A DNA stretch of 64,000 nt from the human T2T-CHM13v2.0 reference genome, Homo sapiens. Below are positions 1-19,362 of the stretch, piece after piece (position 1 is the stretch's first letter; every line of letters begins with the position of its first letter). Under the pieces are notes generated by a model. The model had not been told where the DNA came from. It made no database searches and saw nothing but the letters and a program-made list of their open reading frames with translations. Location of the stretch: assembly GCF_009914755.1 (NCBI RefSeq), contig NC_060927.1. One strand, 5' to 3'. A program made the position numbers and the translations under genes.

Positions 1-345
1 AATCCGCCTGCCTTGGCCTCCCAAAGTGCTGGGATTACAGGTGTGAGCCACTGTGCCTGGCCTTGTTTTTTGTTTTTGAAAGTCTTGCCCAGGCTGTGTA
101 GTGACACAATCATGGCTCACTGCAACCTAGAACAACTGGGCTCAAGCAATCCTCCCACCTTAACCTACTGAGTACCCGGGACTTACAGGCACGTACCACC
201 ACACACACCTGATTTTTTGATTTTTTTGTAGAGATGGGTCTTGCTTTGTTGTCCGGACTGGTCTTAAACTCCTGACCTCAAGTGATCCTCCTACCTCGGT
301 CTCCCAAAGTGCCAAGGTTACAGGCTTGAGCCACTGCACCTGGCC
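1..345 (-). mobile_element. Partial Alu followed by an AluJ-like element
   Basis: Antisense Alu consensus blocks. Confidence 0.88.
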
Positions 346-1064
346 AGTTTTTGTGTTTTGATCTTATATCCTGCAACCCTGAAACTCGTCTACTTGCTCT
401 GATGGGTTTTTTGTGGATTCTGTGGGATTTTTTTCTATATGAGATCATGTTATTTGCAAACAGAGATAGTTTTCTTCCTTTCTATTCTGAATGTTTTTAT
501 TCTTTTTCTTTCCTAATTGCCCTGGCTAGAACCCCTAGTGCAATGTTGAGGTAGAGAGAATGGACATCCTCATCTTATTCTTAACCTTAGAAGGAAAGCT
601 TTTAGTCTTTTACCGCTAAGTATACTGTATAGCTGTGAGTATTTTATAGAGACCCTTTATCAGATTGAGAACTTTCCTTTTATATCTCGTTTATTGAGTG
701 TTTTTTTCATGAAATGTTGTTAGATTTTGTCAAATGCTTTTTCGCCATCAATTGAAATAATTATGTGGCTTCTGTCCTTTATTCCTTTAATGCAATGTAT
801 AGAACTGTTTGATTTTCATATTTGAACAAGCTTGCTTTCCTGGGATGAACCCCAGTTATTCGTGGTGTATAATCCTTTATATACCACTGGATTTGGTTTG
901 CTAGAGTTTTGTAGAGGATTGTTTGTGTTTCTATTCATAAGAGATATTGGTCTGTAGTTTTCTTTTCCTGTGATGTCTTTGGTTTCAGTATCAGGTAATA
1001 TTGGCCTCACAGAATTGGGAAGTGTTTTCTTCTAATTTTAGGAAGAGTTTTTTGTGAAGTGTTC
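346..1064 (-). mobile_element. Old L1 (L1M) ORF2 fragment
   Basis: T-rich antisense L1; minus-strand translation contains KENYRPISLMN, an L1 RT-proximal motif. Confidence 0.85.
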
Positions 1065-1070
1065 ACAATA

Positions 1071-1679
<609 letters not shown>

Positions 1680-2344
1680 ACAATACACTTTCTATCAAGA
1701 AAAAATATATCTGCCTGCTTCAGATACCCAGGTGACCACTCAGCACCTTGTACCTTGCCTTTGGGATAGGTATTGACTAAATTTCAGACCCTGTGGTCCT
1801 GACAGGCTTTTCCCAGCTCCATCCCATTGGGGCTGAGAAATTACCAGGACGCTTTTATAAGTACTAATCCCAGTAGGTTTCAGTGTAATGTTGGTTTTGT
1901 TTGTCATCCCCTGCTGTGTTGTGAGAGCCTTTCTCGGGAAACCATATTAAAGGAATGTTTTACAGGTGGCTTTGGAGACAGGGATAACATTCAAAGATCA
2001 TCTTTAAAATGTTGTTTTGGTAGGTTTTTACTTTATTAAAGTGTGCAGAGCACAACTGCAAATTCCTTTGGTTTCTTCTTACATTTTCAACATTTGAAAC
2101 AGCTGTTTTAAGATTGTATTTTCCTGGGGGGCATCCTGTAGCAACATCTCATTGATTGCTTTGTCATCATCCTTCTGGGTCCATACCTCAGAACCATACA
2201 AGTTCATCACTCCAGGCCACAGTGAAAGCAAGAGGCGTGGTCTTCAGGCCACCTCTGGGCATCATTCTGAACCCCCTTGTGATCCAGCCCACTTCTCACC
2301 CACAGGTAACACGTACACAGACCTCTCGGCCGGAATCTCCAGGG

Positions 2345-2416
2345 ATGACCAGCCCCTCCCCACGCATCCAGATAATCTCCACCGACTCTGCTGTAGCCTC
2401 ACCTCAGCGCATTCAG
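2345..2416 (+). CDS. NR2C2: NR2C2 first coding exon (MTSPSPRIQIISTDSAVASPQRIQ); the exon probably starts at 2306
   Basis: ATG at 2345, donor CAG|gtacct after 2416, acceptor cccacag ending at 2305; matches the TR4 N-terminus. Confidence 0.96.
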
Positions 2417-2670
2417 GTACCTGCAACCTGCCAATGGCAACCCTGCCTTTCCAGAAGAACTCTTTCCAAAAACAAACCTTCCTAAGGGTTTCACTAAAGA
2501 GTTGTGCCTTTTGGGCATGAAATACAGTACAACTTCATCAATTCTTTAAAAAAAATAAAGAAAAAATGCTTACATTTATTTAACCAACTTACATTTAAAG
2601 CAAAAGCCTAAACTGTTGTTTCAAACCATTGAGATGAAGTACCATTTTATTACTTATTTGCTTCTAAATT

Positions 2671-2910
2671 GAGAGGCAGTATGTCTTAGTACTGTAATTA
2701 AGAGCAAGGGCCCCTACTTGAAGTCAAATCCAGTGCCCCACTTAGCTTTGTTGACCTTGGTCAATTAACTTTTTAATGCCTCACTTTCTTCATTTGGAAA
2801 ATAGACATAATAGTAGTATTTGCCTCACGAAGTTATTATGAAGAATCAAAGGGATATTGCTTATAAAGTGCTTAGAATGGTACCTGGCACATAATAATGT
2901 TCAATATTTA
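2671..2910 (+). mobile_element. MIR
   Basis: MIR core (gcctcactttcttcatttggaaaat...aaagtgcttagaatggtacctggcacata). Confidence 0.75.
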
Positions 2911-2986
2911 CTAATTATATAATAACTTATTACTAATATTGTTATTAACTAATCGATATTCACTTATGGGAAGTTGTCTTCCCTAG

Positions 2987-3043
2987 GGCTCTGAACCTGC
3001 CTCTGGCCCATTGAGTGTTTTCACATCTTTGAACAAAGAGAAG
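2987..3043 (+). CDS. NR2C2: NR2C2 57-nt cassette exon (GSEPASGPLSVFTSLNKEK); distinguishes the 615-aa from the 596-aa isoform
   Basis: cttccctag| acceptor, AAG|gtaggt donor, phase 0-0, open frame; peptide recalled from the long TR4 isoform. Confidence 0.88.
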
Positions 3044-3129
3044 GTAGGTGTATCAAGCTTGAAGGCAAAAAGCTGGGAGGAAGGGATAATATATTGATGA
3101 CAAAGATTTATTGTTATCTCAACAAGCTG

Positions 3130-4350
<1,221 letters not shown>

Positions 4351-4353
4351 TTA

Positions 4354-4663
<310 letters not shown>

Positions 4664-5203
4664 TCATATGAGCTAAAATTTATACTTAAGTAAAAGATTT
4701 ATTTACCATTTTGCAAAGGTCAGGATTTATTTACCTTTTTGCAAACCTTTTTTAAAGCAGGTTCTTTTTACCCTTTTTATTTTTAGTCAATAATCTTTGC
4801 TATTATCTTTTGGTATGCTCTAATATACCCTGACCTATCTTATAAACTTTATATATATGCTATATGTAAATTCTATGTATACTATAGGAAATTGTGTATA
4901 TGTAGGTATGTGAGTGGGCAGGTGGGTATGTGTGTGTATATAAATAGTATAGGAAATCTGAAGAGCTGGTTTTGGGTTGAGGGACAAACCCTTGAAGGGA
5001 TTCTCATTGTACTCAGAAAGAAATCCAAACTCGCAGCAGGGCCGTTCCACCTCCCTCTCTAGGTTCCTGGGCCATGCTGGTTGTCTGTGGGCCTGATAGC
5101 AGTTCCCAAGAAACTGTTCCTCCCAGGGCTTTCCATATACCAGAACATTTCTCTTTGCTGGGAACACTAAACATTTATTTGGCTGCTGTCTCCTCAGCCT
5201 TGA

Positions 5204-5857
<654 letters not shown>

Positions 5858-6670
5858 CCTGACCTCTCTTTTTAAAGTTAAGTACTTTTGTTATTCAGGG
5901 TTACCCCAACCTGATCTTTTCCCTCATAACATGTACCATAAATTGAAATTGTTTACTGACTGGTTTGTTTCCTTGTGTATTGCCAGTCTCTTCCATTGAA
6001 CTAAAAGTTTCATGAGGGCAGGAGCCATCTTCATATGCCACTGTCTAACACAGTGTCTGACAGAGTAGCCCCTCAGTAAATATTTTAGGAATGAATGAAA
6101 GAATGAGTAAGCCATGGTAAAAAGTCTTGACTTTTTCCTCAGGAGCGATTTGATAAGATGAAAGGGATAAGACAAGACTGAGTGAGGAAAGGAGTATGTG
6201 AGAGCTTAGAGGGAAGAAATACTTTACCAAGGTCCTGTCATGTTCTGGGCAGTGTACCAAACAGTTTCACACACATCGTATCATTTCACTTTCCTAGTCA
6301 TCCTTTTTCATAGATATATAAATGGAGCTCAAGGGCTTATGTAACTGCTCCAAGTTGACACAGCTGGGAAGTAGAAGAGCAAGCATTCCTATTCATGTCT
6401 GTAGCTACCAAGCCCTTTCTCGGGTGTTTACAGTGAAAGAGGTGGCAAGGTGGATAGGGATAAACTGGAGAGGCTACCTCATCTAAAGAGGTAGCCAACC
6501 CACACCCGCTCCAGCCACCTGGCACCATGGGGAGAACTTGAGCCCAGGATGACCTGAGCTTCCAGTTTGTCAAGAGAACTATAAATTTGATTTTGATTAT
6601 GGGAAATACTCAATTTTTAGATGTTAGCAAACAGTTTTTTTGTTTGTTTTTTTTTTTTTTTAAATTAGGG

Positions 6671-6971
6671 GGCTGAGTGCAGTGGCTCACACCTGTGATC
6701 CCAGCACTTTGGAGGCCGATGTAGGTGGATCGCTTGATCTCAGGAGTTCAAGACCAGCCTGGGCAACCTAGTGAGACGTCATCTCTATAAAAAATACAAA
6801 AATTAGCCAGGCGTGCTGGCACGAGCCTGTAGTCCCAGTTACTCAGGAGACTGAGATGGGAGGATCACTTGAGGCTGAGAGGTGGAGGTTGTAAAGAGCC
6901 AACATCGTGCTGCTGCACTCCAGCCTGGGTGACAGAATAAGACCTGGTCTCAAGAAAAAAAAAAAACAAAA
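6671..6971 (+). mobile_element. AluJ
   Basis: Dimeric Alu with A tail. Confidence 0.88.
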
Positions 6972-7162
6972 ACTTTGGGTACTCAAACAAAAGTTATCCA
7001 GTGGCTGGTTTTTGCCTGCAGGCCATTCATTGGCAGGCTCTTCTTTGCAACAGAGATGTTGAACTGGCTGGAACAGAGTGGGTAACATGGGGGAGAATGG
7101 TGGTGTATGAGATCATTCCAGGGTCCTTTGGGATTAGAACTAGAGAGGACCTTAGCTTAGTA

Positions 7163-7974
<812 letters not shown>

Positions 7975-8118
7975 TATAGGTAGGCTATTGAGGGCCTTAA
8001 AAATCACAGAAAACAACACATATCTTCTTAACGTTACTTCATTCCCCCCAATTTGTTATAGTTTACAGACAGGAATTTAAGAACTTTTGTTCCAAGTAAA
8101 GAAATAAAATTTGCCTCT

Positions 8119-8544
8119 TGTATTAGTTTCCCAGGGCTGTCACAATAAATTACCACAAACTTAGTGGCTTAAAACAATAGAAATTTATTTTCCCAACCTT
8201 CTGGTGGCCAGAAGTCTGAAATCAAGGTGTCAGCAGGGCCATGCTCTCTTAAGGTTCTAGGAGAGTGTCCTTCCTTGCCTCTTCCTACCTTCTGGTGGGT
8301 GCCAGCAGTCCTTGGCATTCCTCGCTTGCTTGCAGCTGCATCACTCCAATCTCTGCCTCCATTGCCACATGGTCTTCTTATAAGGACACCAGTCATTGAA
8401 TTAGGGCCCACCCTAATGCAGTATTACCTCATCTTATCCTAATTACATTTGCAAAGGCCCTACTTCCAAGTAAGGTACATTAATAGATACTGGGAATTAT
8501 GGCTGGAATGTATCTTTTCAGGGGGTACAGTTCTATGCACAATA
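8119..8544 (-). mobile_element. MLT1-family (ERVL-MaLR) solo LTR
   Basis: tgtattagtttcc...aaattaccacaaacttagtggcttaaaacaa MLT1 signature; 5-bp TSD CCTCT. Confidence 0.88.
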
Positions 8545-8866
8545 CCTCTCCTCCACAGCCGACTTAAATTTTAATGAGCTTGGATATATCCTTGCAATTT
8601 GATGTGTCCTCTAGGTCATTAAATAGGAATCTATCTGTGTTTGTTAACAAGGTCTTGCCTAATGGTCACCCTTGTGTTCCAATAGGGTATTTGGGAGATT
8701 TTTTTTTCTGCCTGCATTTTTAGTTTTTTCATGGGCGTGATCTCTCTAAATGGAGGATACGGATGTCTTAGGAGGGTGAAGATAAAAAAAAAAAACCCAA
8801 AATTATAAGTAATTCATTGAATTTTTATAAGCGTGAGTCTTTGAGAAAAAAAGAAAAGAATAATCT

Positions 8867-9785
<919 letters not shown>

Positions 9786-10656
9786 ATTGATAGACATATG
9801 ACTCACAGAGCTCAGGTTATGAGGGCTTCCAAAGGCCATCTTCTTTATCTAAGGCAAGAATCCCTTCTGTGGCAGCTGAGAGAAGTATGTGTCAACCAGC
9901 CTGTGTCTGCAATCTTTCAGTTGAGCTGTGGGTAGGAAAGTTTTTTTTAAAGATAATTCTTTTCACAAGGTTTTCTGTCTCATGTTTTATGTTTCTGGGG
10001 GACTCCGGGCATGCCACAGATTGTAATGATGAAAGTTTCTTCCTTTCATTCCCTCCAAATCCATTCTCCTTGAGCCTTAAACATCTTTTGCCCCTTTAGT
10101 TGGAAATGATGATATACTGGGGTTTGTCCCATAATCAGCTGAGTATTCATTCTTGGATCTGTCATCCTATTCTGCTGCCTCTCTGGTCTTGCACTTGGCT
10201 GTGCCGTGTAGCACACTTTGCCGCATTTTTGCAGTTTACTGTTGTGTTTGATTCAAGTCTTTGTTCAGTGTCACATACTCAGAGATGTCTTTCCTCCTAA
10301 AGTTGCATCCCTGTCTCCTTCCCAATGTCATGCTTTCTCTGTTTATTCTGCTTTTTGTTTTCTCCAGGGCATTTACACTGACTGATATTATTTATTCAGA
10401 GTTCATGGTCTGCTTCCCCCAATAGAAGTTTAGTTCTATGATGGTGGGACCTTTTTTTGTTCACGTCCCTATTCCTAGTACCTAGAACAGTGTTTGACTC
10501 GTAGTGGGTGCTCAGTAAACATTTAAGTGATTGAATCTTTTCTTGCCTATGTCATTTTATTTTGAGCCAGCCAACATTGTCTTATTTTCCGTATTGCAGT
10601 TAGCCAAGCTGTTGTGTTAGACTGTGTGAGTTTGTTGTCTCAACCTTGAAGTTCCA

Positions 10657-10954
10657 TTTCTTTTTTTTTTTTGGAGACGGAGTTTCCCTTTTGTCGCTCA
10701 GGCTGGAGTGCAGTGGCGCAATCTCAGCTCACTGCAAACTCTGCCTCTGAGTTCAAGCGATTCTCGTGTCTTGGCATTCCAAGTAGCTGGGACTACAGGC
10801 GCCCATCACCACGCCCAGCTAATTTTTGTATTTTTAGTAGAGACAGGGTTTCGCCATGTTGACCAGGCTGGTCTTGAACTCCTGACATCAGGTGATCCTC
10901 CCACCTCGGCCTCCCAGAGTGTTGGGATTACAGACATGAGCCACTGCGTCCGGC
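10657..10954 (-). mobile_element. AluS
   Basis: Antisense dimer; TSD AGTTCCATTTC. Confidence 0.88.
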
Positions 10955-12018
10955 TGGAGTTCCATTTCAAAAGTGTGGTACAGATGCTAGACCTGCCCAT
11001 AAGTGTACTGTGCTGTAGGAAACTGAGTTCCAGCCAGAGACATAGCATGTTTCCCCTCACCCAACACAGCAGCAGCAGCTCAAGAGTCTTCTTTGCAGTA
11101 AGGGTCTGCTGGTGCCTGGAGGGAGAGGTGGCAGTGCTGCTAGCCAGGAACATCTGGTCTAGAAGAGAGGCAGGACGGGGATTAGAACAACTTCAGAGAA
11201 CTTCATGAGCAAGAATAAGAGAGTTCATTCTTGTCATAGCAGCTGTTTTTGTTGTGACTGATGCAATTAGACAAGGACTGTGTGAAGAAGTGGAGTCTTG
11301 ACAGCGAGACTCCTGAAGAGTGAGAACTCCCAGAGGAATAAGGGTCAAGACTTCTCCAGAGTCAGTGCCCACTTCCTTCGGTGCATCCTAGGATCTTTTA
11401 TTGTCGTCTCTCTATGTGGCAGGCCTTGTGCTGGCCCTGGGGATATAGCAGTGAATCAGATGTAGTCTCTATCCTTAAAGACCTCAGAGTCAGGAAGTGG
11501 GAGTGAAGGAGGTGGGTGGTCAATTAGTGGTAAGTTGAGTGTGTGTCAGCAGGGGTCTCCCTGTATTCTCTCAACCTAAGGCAATATTATTTACAGGACC
11601 TTTTAGAAAGAGGCTGTCTTTGAAACAGTCATTCCCAAGTTTTTGGCTTTTGTGGATCAGTAGCATTTCAAAAGAGTTAGGATTGCCTACATTTGTTATT
11701 AGGTGAGGACAAGGACTTTTCAAAAAGTTAAACCTACTATTTATTATTGCCTTCATTTCATAAAAGAAAGGGCATTTTAATTCTAAAAACAGTAGGAAAG
11801 ATATAGTCCTAGACTAAAATTAGCTTTATGAAAATTTGTTTCTGAAAAGCTCACTATTGTGTTTTATTTTTCTCAGTTCACCGTGGACTGGTGAAAATGC
11901 ATGTTAGACAGCATTAATTCAAGGACTGGTTTTTGGCAGTCACCACTTTGAGCACCACCTGCAAATGCATGGGTCTTGTGACACTCCATGAGAGCAGCCT
12001 CCATGTTGTGTCTTATAG

Positions 12019-12219
12019 ATTGTCACAGACCAGCAGACAGGACAGAAAATCCAGATAGTCACCGCAGTGGACGCCTCCGGATCCCCCAAACAGCAGTTCA
12101 TCCTGACCAGCCCAGATGGAGCTGGAACTGGGAAGGTGATCCTGGCTTCCCCAGAGACATCCAGCGCCAAGCAACTCATATTCACCACCTCAGACAACCT
12201 CGTCCCTGGCAGGATCCAG
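12019..12219 (+). CDS. NR2C2: NR2C2 exon, N-terminal domain (IVTDQQTGQK...LVPGRIQ)
   Basis: cttatag| acceptor, CAG|gtaagg donor, 201 nt, phase 0-0. Confidence 0.97.
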
Positions 12220-12904
12220 GTAAGGCCTTTGGACAGGTATTTGTTTCAGCACTTCTGCTATTGAACTTGTTCCTGACTTGTTCTTACATCTGCCTTCGAG
12301 GCCAAATCCATCCCTGGAAGGTTCCTTGGGGACCTGCAAACATGGCAGGTTGCTGCTTTGGCCAAAGTAATAAACCAGCAATCCAGTGGCAAGGCCCAGA
12401 AGACAGTCAACTATAACACTCAGAGAGGATGGAAGTAGAACCTGGAAGTCAGTGGCCACAGGAGACTGACATGAGCAAGCCGGCACTGAGGCTACTGGAG
12501 AATTGTTCTTACCTAAGGCCATCAAGTGGCAGCCCTTGATATTTTAAAGGTACCACCTAGGGCTGACTACAGCCAGGCGAGAACCGACTTGTCCAGATCA
12601 TCAGGTCTGTGGCCCCAGCTTTTCATTCTGTCTTTACTTGCCACTGTGTACTACTCGCCCTGGGCCCCTCAATTCTTGTCTCTATCTCTGCCCTGGTTCT
12701 TCCTGCTCTGTTAAGGCAGGATGGGGTTGAGGACAGTCCACAGCAAGGAAAAGAGCAGACATTGAAGGAAAGCAGGGTTGTTGCTAGCATGAGTCTGGGA
12801 AGTATAGAATCTCCAAACCCAACAATTAGAGAACAGAAACTCAAGGTCAGTATCCCATGATGGCTGAGCATGGAGCATGCTTCGTCAGGGTTGTGTTTCA
12901 TTTT

Positions 12905-13340
12905 TTTTTTTAATTTTTGATAAAATACACATAATATAAAACTTAACATCTTAACCAGCTTTAGGTATACAGTTTAGTGGCATTAAGTAGATTTACATTG
13001 TTGTACCACTATCTAGCTCTGTGTAACTCTTTTCCTCTTCCTAAGCTGAAACTCTGTACTCATTGAATAGTAACTCTCCTCTCCCCCTCCCCCAGCCCCT
13101 GGTGACCACCATTCTACTTTCTGTCTCCATGAATTTGACTACTCTAGGTACCTCATATAAGTGAAATCAGCCTTTGTGTGACTGGCTTATTTCACCCATC
13201 CATGTTGTAGCATGTGTCAGAATTCCATTCCTTTTAAAGGCTGAGTAGTATTCCACTCTGTATATAGACCACATTTTATCTCTTCATCTGTTGGTGGACA
13301 TGTAGGTTGCTTCCACCTTTTGGCTGTTGAATTAATGCTG
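12905..13340 (-). mobile_element. L1MB-like 3' end fragment
   Basis: ccattctactttctgtctccatgaatttgactactctaggtacctcatataagtg signature. Confidence 0.8.
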
Positions 13341-14201
13341 CTTAGAATCTCTGTTTTGGGTGGGGAGGTTCTACTATGAAGAAACTTAAAGAAGGGAAGA
13401 CTTTTTTTGTCTTCTGATTGAGCTGGGATCAGAACGCCAACATGTTCAGCTTTCAGAACTGTTCTTTTAGACACCTTACGCTACACTTACTAAATGCTGT
13501 CTCATCCTTCCTTTCCCGGAGTACATTGTGATCATCTGAAATCAGAATTCCTTCCTCCTCCTTTAGAGTACTCCTTGTCTGTGAAAGAATGGCTGTTGAT
13601 TTTGTTGCATGTTTCACAAGAGGTGATTCTACTTAATGATTTCTGTATGTGTTCCCACCATGTATAAATCATTTTAAGGCTTATTGTTGGCTCAAGTTCA
13701 AGTACATTTTAAAATAACAGCTATTTTTCACTTTCTTATATTGATATCAGTTATAGTATTCTCCCAGATGAATTGCTGTCGCCTAGAAAATCACCACAAA
13801 TGAGGGGAAGATAGCAGGTTTCAAAGGTCATTTGTTCTCGTCATCAGCTCACCACCAGCTGCCTCAGTCGGAGTCCTAGTTATTTAATTAATAAAGTTTG
13901 GTTATTTCTCTGCCAATACACCTCTTTGCGTACATTCAAGTTGTTACGGGAAGAATCTTAAATATCTTCATTTTGAAGCCTCTGTGTGTGATTCCCCACA
14001 TGGGCCACAATTTTGGGTGGTTGTAGTAGCCAGATAGAGTAGATCAGTGGAAACCAGCGCCTGACCCTGGGAAACCAGCCAGCTGATGAGCAGTCCGGAT
14101 GAGTGGCAGAGCCATTCTGGGTGTCAGATTAAGTTGTCTTCTGGAATTTTGCCAGTTCTGTCCAGAGTTCTGCTTAAAAACCCAACATTGAGAATTTGTA
14201 A

Positions 14202-14532
<331 letters not shown>

Positions 14533-14581
14533 TGATTTGATTTTTAATTGGCACCCCTGTTCGTTTCCTGATTTCTCTCAG

Positions 14582-14684
14582 ATTGTCACGGATTCTGCCT
14601 CTGTGGAGCGTTTACTGGGGAAGACGGACGTCCAGCGGCCCCAGGTGGTAGAGTACTGTGTGGTCTGTGGCGACAAAGCCTCCG
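14582..14684 (+). CDS. NR2C2: NR2C2 exon, start of zinc finger 1 (IVTDSAS...YCVVCGDKAS)
   Basis: ttctctcag| acceptor, G|gtatgt donor, 103 nt, CxxC motif. Confidence 0.97.
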
Positions 14685-16420
14685 GTATGTAGTTCCAGGT
14701 TATGCTGGCACTTATAATGGGCCAACAGCATGAAGTAACTGTTGTGAGGTGGGGTGGTAGTTAATTTAGAAGGACCATTTTATGTACGTTTGTAGGTTTC
14801 ACATGTGAATTCTACTTTTCTTATTGGGGTAATGATGTAAATAAGTAAGGTAGTTTGTCAGAAATTAGACATCAAAAGGAAAAGTCAAGAAATTATTTCT
14901 GTGATTTGTAAATCTTGGTTGAGTGTGTAGTATTTATGTGCTGCTAAGAAAGTACTCATTGTCTAATCTTGTTAACATTTGTACAGCACTTGGCTATTTT
15001 ACAAGGTGTATAATTTGTATAATCCCCCTTCATCCTAACTGTAACTATCTCTTAACATCCCCTCACTATAACCCACTGTAAATAACTGCTGTAATGAAGC
15101 AGGAGGAGGCATGTGATTCCAGCTAGTGTCCCAGGGTCAGGAAAGGCCCCACAGAGGCAGTCGCACCTGGGAGCCTTGGTAATTGTGTACATGTTGGTTG
15201 GAGCAGGAGGAGGGCATTCCAGCAAGTGGAGCCAGGGCCTAGAGTTTAAGATCAATACCCATGGTATCCTTGAGAGAGAGCTCATAGGCTTCTGTGATTA
15301 CGATTGGGTAAAGTGAGACTGAAGAAGATGTCTGGCCCAAAAATTCAAGTGCTGGCCTGCTTGTACTGGGGATCCATAGAAGGTTAGTGAGGCAGACAGG
15401 AAGGAATGGAGAAGTATTTTACAAGAACACAGTACCAGGAATGCCAGGGGCACAGGCCTGTGTTCTGTGATGGCTGCTTGGTTCCACTTTCTTCTGTGGT
15501 CACAAAATTCACAGGAACTTTGGGCACTGTAGTCCTGGTTTTTGTTTGTTTTGTTTTTTAAAAAGGAGGTTGGACCAAGCCTCTTAGGAAGACAGCCCCA
15601 AGCAAGCATCTACAGAAGATCAGAAGCTCCAGTTTCCCTTCCATGCTGGTGACACCATTTATCTGCCAATGGTGCCTGCCTCTGCTCCCGCCCTTTGTCC
15701 TGGTAAACCCAACCCATCCTATCCCTTCTCTGAAGCCCTCACCTACCCCAGTAGGCAGATAGACAGTGCTGCTTGTGATTCTGATTGCCCTTTCCTACAG
15801 ATTAATCACTTGTTGCATACTCATATAATTCACTCTTTACAGGCCTGTCTTCCCCATCAGAATGTCAGAGCAAAAACCATGTCTTACCATCTATCTCTGT
15901 ATTCCTGTCTTCTTGCTCAGCAAGGAAAGGCTCTCTACAAACTTCTGAACAAATGAGTGAAGCATGAACGTAACAAAAGGGCCATAGAATCTGCTTGGCT
16001 TCCCCATTTGTCAGTCTTCTTCTGAGCTTAAAGGAAAGGCCTAGTCACAGGCTCTTGGTGCCATTGTCTCCTGATATTAGTGTCACTCAAAGGGATAGAG
16101 AACTCAAGGAAATATACTGCAAAGAAAGGAAAAACAATATTATAGAAGGCACTTTACCACAACTATTCTTAAAAGAAAAAGACTGAGTTATTCCAGATGC
16201 ACACTTGGGAAATGGTTTTGCATACTAGAGCTTAGAACAGTGGGATTCTCTGTAGCCACCATAAATGGTAATCCTGTGAAATGTATCCTCCTTGGCAATG
16301 TAGCTATGAAATTGGATTATACAAACAAGACAGAATCAGAAGAGCATGTCCATGGTCAGTCTCAGCTGGAAACAAGTGGGCATAATGTATGTGAAAGTAC
16401 TTTGTGAATAAGAAAGCTAA

Positions 16421-16726
<306 letters not shown>

Positions 16727-16759
16727 AGGGGCACTTTTTAATGTCATTGATAATTAAAA

Positions 16760-18490
<1,731 letters not shown>

Positions 18491-19182
18491 ACCAAAGTAA
18501 AACAAGATTAGAAAAATGGACTGTGTTTAATAAATGCATTCCTAGAACTGTGTTTCTAGAAGGCTTTGAGTGGCTAGCCCAGGTGGAACCATATGGTAAT
18601 CCTCTTTTGCTGTGGGCTTCGGCAGTGACAGTCCCCATGCTTCTCCCTGTGACTATCCCGCTTCCCCAGGGGAGGTTTCGGGCCCAGGACGTGAATCAGA
18701 GAGGGGCTAAATGCAGGAGTGAGACCCTCTGTGCCAAAGCCACACATGCACGTGTTTGCTATGTGCCACTCGTGGCAGGACAGGGGCCCTGAGCCGCATC
18801 ACAAGCCCAGATCTCCAGGAATAGGACCCAGGTGTGTTCAAGTGGACAGTAGAGTTCAGCCGTCACCTGTGAGCTCCTACTGTATGTTAGACCATTTGTA
18901 TACTAAGAGCACTAAGGTCATGCCATCTGCCAGCTGTCATATAACCTGTCTGAGTTTCAGTATTTCCATCATGAATTCATAAGGCTACTTGAAAGATGGT
19001 AGAGAAATTACGTGAAGGGTGTGGCCAGTATGCTTAATGCTCAGGCCACGTGGCTGTTGGCATCTAACAGTGTATGGCACCCATCACTTCAATGAGACTT
19101 GCACAGGAACTGACAGATCACCTCTTTGGTGAATCCACAAATATAGTCACAAAATATTTGTGTATTCTTTCTCCTGTTTCAG

Positions 19183-19362
19183 GCCGTCACTATGGGGCTG
19201 TCAGTTGTGAAGGTTGCAAAGGTTTCTTCAAAAGGAGTGTGAGGAAAAATTTGACCTACAGCTGCCGGAGCAACCAAGACTGCATCATCAATAAACATCA
19301 CCGGAACCGCTGTCAGTTTTGCCGGCTGAAAAAATGCTTAGAGATGGGCATGAAAATGGAAT
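19183..19362 (+). CDS. NR2C2: NR2C2 exon, core DNA-binding domain ([21 protein letters not shown]...[14 protein letters not shown])
   Basis: P-box CEGCKG and second zinc finger; ctgtttcag| acceptor, T|gtgagt donor, 180 nt, phase 1-1. Confidence 0.99.

Noticed and set aside
4696-4745. 22-bp direct repeat GATTTATTTACC(A/T)TTTTGCAAA
   Set aside because: Small local duplication in AT-rich intron with no sign of function.
13818-13830. GTTTCA-A-AGGTCA as an autoregulatory DR1 for TR4
   Set aside because: Imperfect half site; expected by chance in 64 kb and no supporting context.
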